This document shows, piece after piece, positions 57,313 through 64,000 of a stretch of DNA of 64,000 nucleotides. Each line of letters begins with the position of its first letter. Position 1 is the first letter of the stretch. A program made the translations under genes and the position numbers. The DNA is from Octopus vulgaris (lineage: Eukaryota): the NCBI GenBank assembly GCA_951406725.2, contig OX597828.1, positions 54,436,001-54,500,000 of the forward strand, read 5' to 3'. Below the pieces are notes generated by a model, which was not told where the DNA came from, made no database searches, and was given only the letters and a program-made list of their open reading frames with translations.

Positions 57313-57856
57313 TCTAATCCAATGTTTCTTTTATGAGACGGCAGAGCATGATTGGAGGGGTATTTTAGAAACCGCAATGAAGGCCTTTTCGCAGGTTGTG
57401 TATCGTTCTTGTTTAGTCCAGGCCAATTATGATTGGACAGAACTATTATGAAAAGCATTGCAGTCATAATCATCTTGTCGTGTTTCTTTGTACAAGGAAC
57501 TCAGGTTGCATTATCTAACGTATCCTTTATTAAGGATGTGCTTTAAGAGAGATTTGAGACCTATTTCTAGTGGGTTGAGCGACCACATAAGGGCCTGACA
57601 ATTCGGCTTGTAATAAATGTGGATAAACACGTGATTGTACAGACGCGCGTGTACGAGCGTGTGTATGTGTACGTGTATGTGTATGTGTGTATGTGTGTGC
57701 GCACGCGCGTGTTTGTGTGTGTGTGTGTAGGGAGGTTTTGAAGGTGTGTGCATGTGTTTATCTATACATGTCGGTACGTGCGTGCATGTACGTTTATTAT
57801 ATGTGTTTGTGTGTTTATCTAGACATGTGTGCATGTTTATTTTCATAGATATATAC

Positions 57857-57929
<73 letters not shown>

Positions 57930-58470
57930 GTAGGTAGGTAGGTAGGTAGGTAGTTATGTGTATGCAAAGGAGATAGCGCGGTGCCACATCTGTCAATACC
58001 TACTTAGTTGAACGTTTGGTTTAGAATGAAAGACAAGATGGACGAGGTGGTGGCAGTGGTGGTGTTGGTGGTAGTAGTGGTTGGTGTGGTGGTGGTAGTG
58101 GTGTGGTAGTGATGGTGGCGGTGGCGGTGGTGGTGGTGGTGGTGTTGATGGTGGTCGTAGTGGTGGCGGTTTAGGTTTGAAATCTCCTTTGTATAGATGA
58201 GGTCGAGGATGTCAACGTAAGTTAGGAGGGTGTTGCTATGTCAGAGAACAGTGGACGAAACTTCAATATTTGCTAAAAACAGACTCCCTTTTTTTGTGAA
58301 AGGCCCCCCCCCACCACCACACACACACACACACAAACATACTCATATACGCATACACACATGCACACACGCGCATACACACACAGGTACTTTCATATTT
58401 GTACACATAAATATTACTTACACGAACACATTCATAAACACTACTATTTATGTATAAACACATACACAAC

Positions 58471-58510
<40 letters not shown>

Positions 58511-59126
58511 CATACATACATACATATATATATGTATGTATACATACATATATATATATATATACATAAATATATATTTATATAAATATATATATATAGT
58601 ATATAAATATACAGTACATACATACATACATACATACATGCATACATACATACATACATACATACATACATACATACATACATACATACATACATACATA
58701 CATACATACATACAAGAATGAATACAACACATGCATTCACGTACAAACATATACTTACCTACCTACACACATGCTTATTGTACTCACATACATATGTACA
58801 TACATTCGATCGAATAAATATATGCATACACACGTAGATGCATATATACACACAGACATTCGTCCATACGTATTATATATAAAGACAAAGGGATATACGA
58901 AAATGTCAATATATACGAATATAGACATGTGTGTGTAAACTTGAGTCTGTTTACAAATACATATATTTCTGTCATACAATATATTTTTGTTATATTTGTG
59001 TAATATATTTATTTATGCAATTATGAGAGAATAACGGGAGAAGGCAGTGGAAAAGTTCTCTGAGTAAAGATACGTGTCTTTGTATAAGTATCCACATGTA
59101 TTTCTCCCTCTCGCCGATTGTGTGCA

Positions 59127-59176
<50 letters not shown>

Positions 59177-59747
59177 GAGGAGGAATGGATAATGACAGTG
59201 CAATACATGTGACAAATGTTTCAATGGCATGGGAATTTATTTGCATTCTGTGTATTACGTAAGCCAAAATTATCTGACATTTCGTCGGGTATTCTGAACA
59301 ATCGATAGGAAAAGATAGATTGCTTACTATGGAAGAATTTTCAGGGTTTAAGCGAATTGATACATCCATACATACGTGTATACATGACGGAAGCCGACTC
59401 ATTACTATGACTACTTCTTAGACCCATTTCACCCTAAGATACATCCAAAAATTGATCTCCCCGTCGCCAATGACGTGTCATAAGGCTCTTAAGGCCTGGA
59501 AAGACCTATAAGACATTCCACACCGTCAACAAGTTAGCCTTCATGCAACAGCCTGGCCATCTGGGATGATGGAACCCCAAAATGCTGAGTGAATCCATTG
59601 GCAGATCCACGTACTCTTCTACACAACATGCGCGAAAGAACATGTTGGAAGATGGAGTTGCCTCTGTCGCCACGCTTATGGCTGAGTAGGCCAACCTTTG
59701 ACGAGCAAACACGACCAGCTGGTCACAGGACAGAAACTGTTTCAGGA

Positions 59748-60718
59748 AGGCGGCGAGCTGGCTGAAACGTTAGCACGCCGGCCGAAATGCTTAGCGGTAT
59801 TTCGTCTGCAGCTACGTTCTGAGTTCAAATTCCGCCGAGGTCGACTTTGTCTTTCATCCTTTCGGGGTCGATAAATTAAGTACCAGTTACGCACTGGGGT
59901 CGATGTAATCGACTTAATCCGTTTGTCTTTCCTTGTTTGTCCCCTCTGTGTGTAGCCTCTTGTGGGTAGTAAAGAAATAAGTATTTCGCCTGCCGCTACG
60001 TTCTGAGTTCAAATTCCGCCGAGGTCGACTTTGTCTTTCATCCTTTTCGGGGTCGATTAAATAAGTACCAGTTATGCACTGGGATCGATATAATCGACTT
60101 AATCCGTTTGTCTTTCCTTGTTTGTCCTCTCTGTGTGTAGCCTCTTGTGGGCAGTAAAGAAATAGGTATTTCGCCTGCCGCTACGTTCTGAGTTCAAATT
60201 CCGCCGAGGTCAACTTTGCCTTTCATCCTTTCGGGGTCGATTAAATAAGTACCAGTTACGCATTGGGGTCGATATAATTGACTTAATCCGTTTGTCTTTC
60301 CTTGTTTGTCCCCTCTGTGTGTAGCCTCTTGTGGGCAGTAAAGAAATAAGTATTTCGCCTGCCGCTACGTTCTGAGTTCAAATTCCGCCGAGGTCGACTT
60401 TGCCTTTCATCCTTTCGGGGTCGATTAAATAGGTACCAGTTACGCACTGGGATCGATATAATCGACTTAATCCGTTTGTCTTTCCTTGTTTGTCCCCTCT
60501 GTGTGTAGTCTCTTGTGGGCAGTAAAGAAATAGGTATTTCGCCTGCCGCTACGTTCTGAGTTCAAATTCCGCCGAGGTCGACTTTGCCTTTCATCCTTTC
60601 GGGGTCAATTAAATAAGTACCAGTTACGCACTGGGGTCGATATAATCGAATAAATCCCTTTGTCTGTCCTTGTTTGTCCCCTCTATGTGTAGCCCCTTGT
60701 GGGCAGTAAAGAAATAAG
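59748..60718 (+). repeat. SINE B tandem array: one head + five 184-185 bp body-tail1 units
   Basis: Units start at 59797, 59981, 60166, 60350 and 60534. Confidence 0.95.
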
Positions 60719-60744
60719 AAACTGATTTATGCCCATATATTTAC

Positions 60745-61625
60745 TAGCACGTTTGAAGTCTATGCAAAACTGTAGTTACCCAATTCATTAACACCAGTAT
60801 CAACCAGATTCCTCCGCAGCTCCCTATCTGAAGCAAAATGTTCCCAGGTGTTAGTATCGACATTAATATTTTTGAGAGTGTTTTTAAAATTGTCTTTTGA
60901 AACGCTTGCATCGCTGGCATTAGGGACATTTTCCTTTCTCCAGCGCATCATGTAACACTTGTTTTGGAATGTTGTCTTCCAAACGGAGAAACTGACCAGA
61001 CTATCCAAGCTGGTATATCATAATCATGAACTTGATACTCATCATTTTCCCCAGCTGCAGTACATATGATACCGTCATGAAAACTTCAGTATATTAACGC
61101 AAACATCGCTTGTGGAGTCGCTCGAGACGTTGGATATGCCTGCGGTAGGATGTCCAAGTTTTGCATCCATAAAACAGCGATGTTAAAACATCTCACCTTT
61201 CGTTACTGTTTTGATGTTCGATTGTGATCAAAGTCCCGAATCAAACTTTCCAAACGACTTAGAAAGTCTACCGTTGACTTCTACGTCAAGTGTATTAAAT
61301 CTAGATAGTGTGTTAAGGTAGACAGACTTCTAACTTTTTGCCCTTGACGTATATCGATGGTGGGGTATGTGGCTTGCCTTATGTTAATTGTAACGTGACT
61401 ACGGTTTTCTGAAGACAGATTGTTAAGTTCAAACTCATCATACTCGGCTACAAATCAGGCCACCAGAAGCTGCAGGTCTTCCTCGCTGTGGCTTACGAAA
61501 TCCCAATCATCAGCATAAAGGAGATCACGAAGGGGAGCCAGGAAGGTTTTGTTGCTGCAGTAAAGCGACAGATGTTGAAAAGCTTTCCTCTTGTACGGTA
61601 ACAGATGTGGATACCAGCGTCGCTA
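60745..61625 (-). mobile_element. RTE-1/BovB-like LINE remnant
   Basis: GIHICYRTRGKLFN, LRDLLYADD, TWTSYRRHIQRLERLH, KDNFKNTLK...TWEHFASDR, with frameshifts. Confidence 0.85.
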
Positions 61626-61798
61626 TGCACAAAGGCACACATACATACATGCATACATACATACATGCACGCAAACATACAAAAGCAAATATATATAAAT
61701 ACACACACACACACATATATACACCCACACCCACATATATATATATACACACATACATATACCACCCTTTCTATCTACCTGTCTCTCTCTCTCTCACT

Positions 61799-61857
<59 letters not shown>

Positions 61858-61860
61858 TAC

Positions 61861-62140
61861 GTGAAGGAATGTGGGTTAGTGTTTAGGCGACGCGTCGTGA
61901 CATTGAGCAAGACACTTTATTTCATGCTGCCCCAGCCGACTCAGCTGGCGAAAATGGGTAATACTATATTTCAGAGGGCCAACTATGTTGTATTCTGTGT
62001 CACGCTGAATCTCTCTGTGAACTACGTTAAGGGTACGCATGTCTGTGGAGTGCTCAATCATTTGCATGTTAACTTTACGAACAGGTTGTTCCATTGATCG
62101 GATCAACTGGAACCCTCGTCATCGTAATCGATGGAATGTC
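61861..62140 (+). mobile_element. SINE family D, diverged copy
   Basis: Homologous to 2655-2972. Confidence 0.8.
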
Positions 62141-62162
62141 TGTAGTAGTATATATGTATGCA

Positions 62163-62450
<288 letters not shown>

Positions 62451-62469
62451 ACCTACCTGTTGGCAATAA

Positions 62470-63118
62470 AGCTTAGTTAAAACCATACAACTGTTCATCG
62501 TCATCTTCACCAACTTGGAAAGGTTCTTAAACTTGGAAAATGGGTACCTTATGAATTGTCCGAAAGCAACCGCAAATCCCGAGTTGACATCTTGCTCATC
62601 TCTCCATTCTCGCGAACTCATTTTACCCTTTTTGGATAGACTTGTGACTGGTGACGAAAAATGGATCGTCTATCGAAATATTAAACGTCGTAAACAGTGA
62701 CTTGGTAAAAGGGAAAAGCTGAACCACAACCGAGATGGGAACTTCTTGGGAAGAGGTTCTTCTCTCTATCTGGTGGGATTGCAAAGGAGTAATTCACTTT
62801 GAATTGTTACCACCTAATGCAACAATTAATGCTCAAGTTTACTGTCAGCAATTAGATCGTTTGAACCAAGCTTTTAAGAAAAAAGACCCGCTTTAGTGAA
62901 TCGAAAAGGAGTGATGTTTCATCAGGACAATGCGTGACCCCACACTGCAAAGATCACATCACAGAAAATCGAAGAGCTTGGTTGGGAAAAAATTCCTCAT
63001 CCACCTTATTCTCCCGACCTTGCTCCTTCAGACTACCATTTTTTTCGTAGTTTATATGATCATTTGGAGGACATAACCTTCGTAAGCCAGGAAGAGATCC
63101 AAACTGACATTTCAGAAC
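62470..63118 (+). mobile_element. Mariner transposase remnant (D,D,D catalytic domain)
   Basis: GKWVPYEL, VTGDEKW, IWWDCKGV, FHQDNA*PH, HPPYSPDLAPSDYHFF, with stops and frameshifts. Confidence 0.9.
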
Positions 63119-63128
63119 CTTAATTCTA

Positions 63129-63668
63129 ACTAGCAGAAATACCCGTCGCTGACTGGGTTCAGAAATAGCCTTCAAAAATTATACCCTAATTTATGAAAGT
63201 TACTGCTTCGATATTACTGAATGTCTTGTAGCGGAATATCCGCAAGCACTTATTGTCAGGTTTCGGCCCAAAAAGTTATAAATTTTTTACTAATGGGTCT
63301 GCTGATAGTTAGTCTTTTCAGCTCTTTCTCTTTTCCTACGCTGAGATTGCTTGGATAGTCCAAATTAAATTTTTTTCGGAGGCATTATAGTAGGGAGAAT
63401 TAATCTATAAGACAGGGGACTTAACTCATGTTAGCAAACTTACGGATTTCACTGACGTGAAAATTGGTAAATGTTATGGTTGAAAAACAATTTATACCGC
63501 TATCCGTGTGTACCTTGGGGAAAATAAGTTGACGAAAGCACACCCAGGGTTGTGACCAATGTCCTCCTAAAATTGGAGCGACTTGCATGCTAATTTGTGG
63601 ACGTGCATAAAGTACATTCACGTACACACACACACACACACACATTCTGCTTTTTATAGATATAGATT
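63129..63668 (-). mobile_element. Non-autonomous Helitron
   Basis: On minus: ATCTATATCTATAAAAAG...CCCAGTCAGCGACGGG hairpin...CTGCTAG|T. Confidence 0.7.
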
Positions 63669-63781
63669 ATACTTATAATTATAAAAAGTTTTGTTTAAGT
63701 TTACCGACAATGGTTCTTTTAACATACCGAACTACTTGGTAAAATTAATTATTAATTAATTAATTAATTAATTTTACCCTT

Positions 63782-63855
<74 letters not shown>
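63782..63855. repeat. (TAA)n microsatellite
   Basis: Directly visible. Confidence 0.97.
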
Positions 63856-64000
63856 GATCTTAACTGATTGGAAGTGTTATCATGTACATTGTTTTGTCTT
63901 GGTATAAAAGATGGGCTACAGCAAATATTCTGCTCAATACCACAGATTTGCTTGTCAGTTGTTTGACCTTAACCAGTTGAGCATGTCTCTTAGTGGCTGA

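Noticed and set aside
59797-60718. CRISPR-like regular array
   Set aside because: Whole 184-bp units repeat with no unique spacers; the unit is a SINE body in eukaryotic DNA.

Overview
AT-rich, microsatellite-dense eukaryotic DNA made almost entirely of transposon debris. The repeat families look like those of a coleoid cephalopod, probably Octopus (inference from memory, no search run). I cannot support any host protein-coding exon, rRNA, true tRNA or CRISPR array, and nearly all ORFs in the supplied track are translated simple repeats. Supported content: (1) a young R4/Dong-like LINE fragment at 1-1171 (minus) with an unbroken reading frame abutting (TAA)n, plus two decayed relatives; (2) RTE-like and Tx1-like LINE remnants; (3) Penelope-like (RT + GIY-YIG) remnants; (4) three mariner remnants, a pogo remnant, hAT MITE ends and non-autonomous Helitrons; (5) about 30 tRNA-derived SINE copies or fragments built from interchangeable heads and tails (families A-F are my working labels). 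Two observations stand out. First, several different short elements sitting against (TA)n tracts carry type I hammerhead ribozyme motifs, one with a fully canonical core (43921-44017, minus). Second, one SINE appears to insert repeatedly into its own family at a GGTATT site, and a five-unit array with a higher-order pattern lies at 59748-60718. Boundaries were read by eye and may be off by tens of bases for decayed elements.
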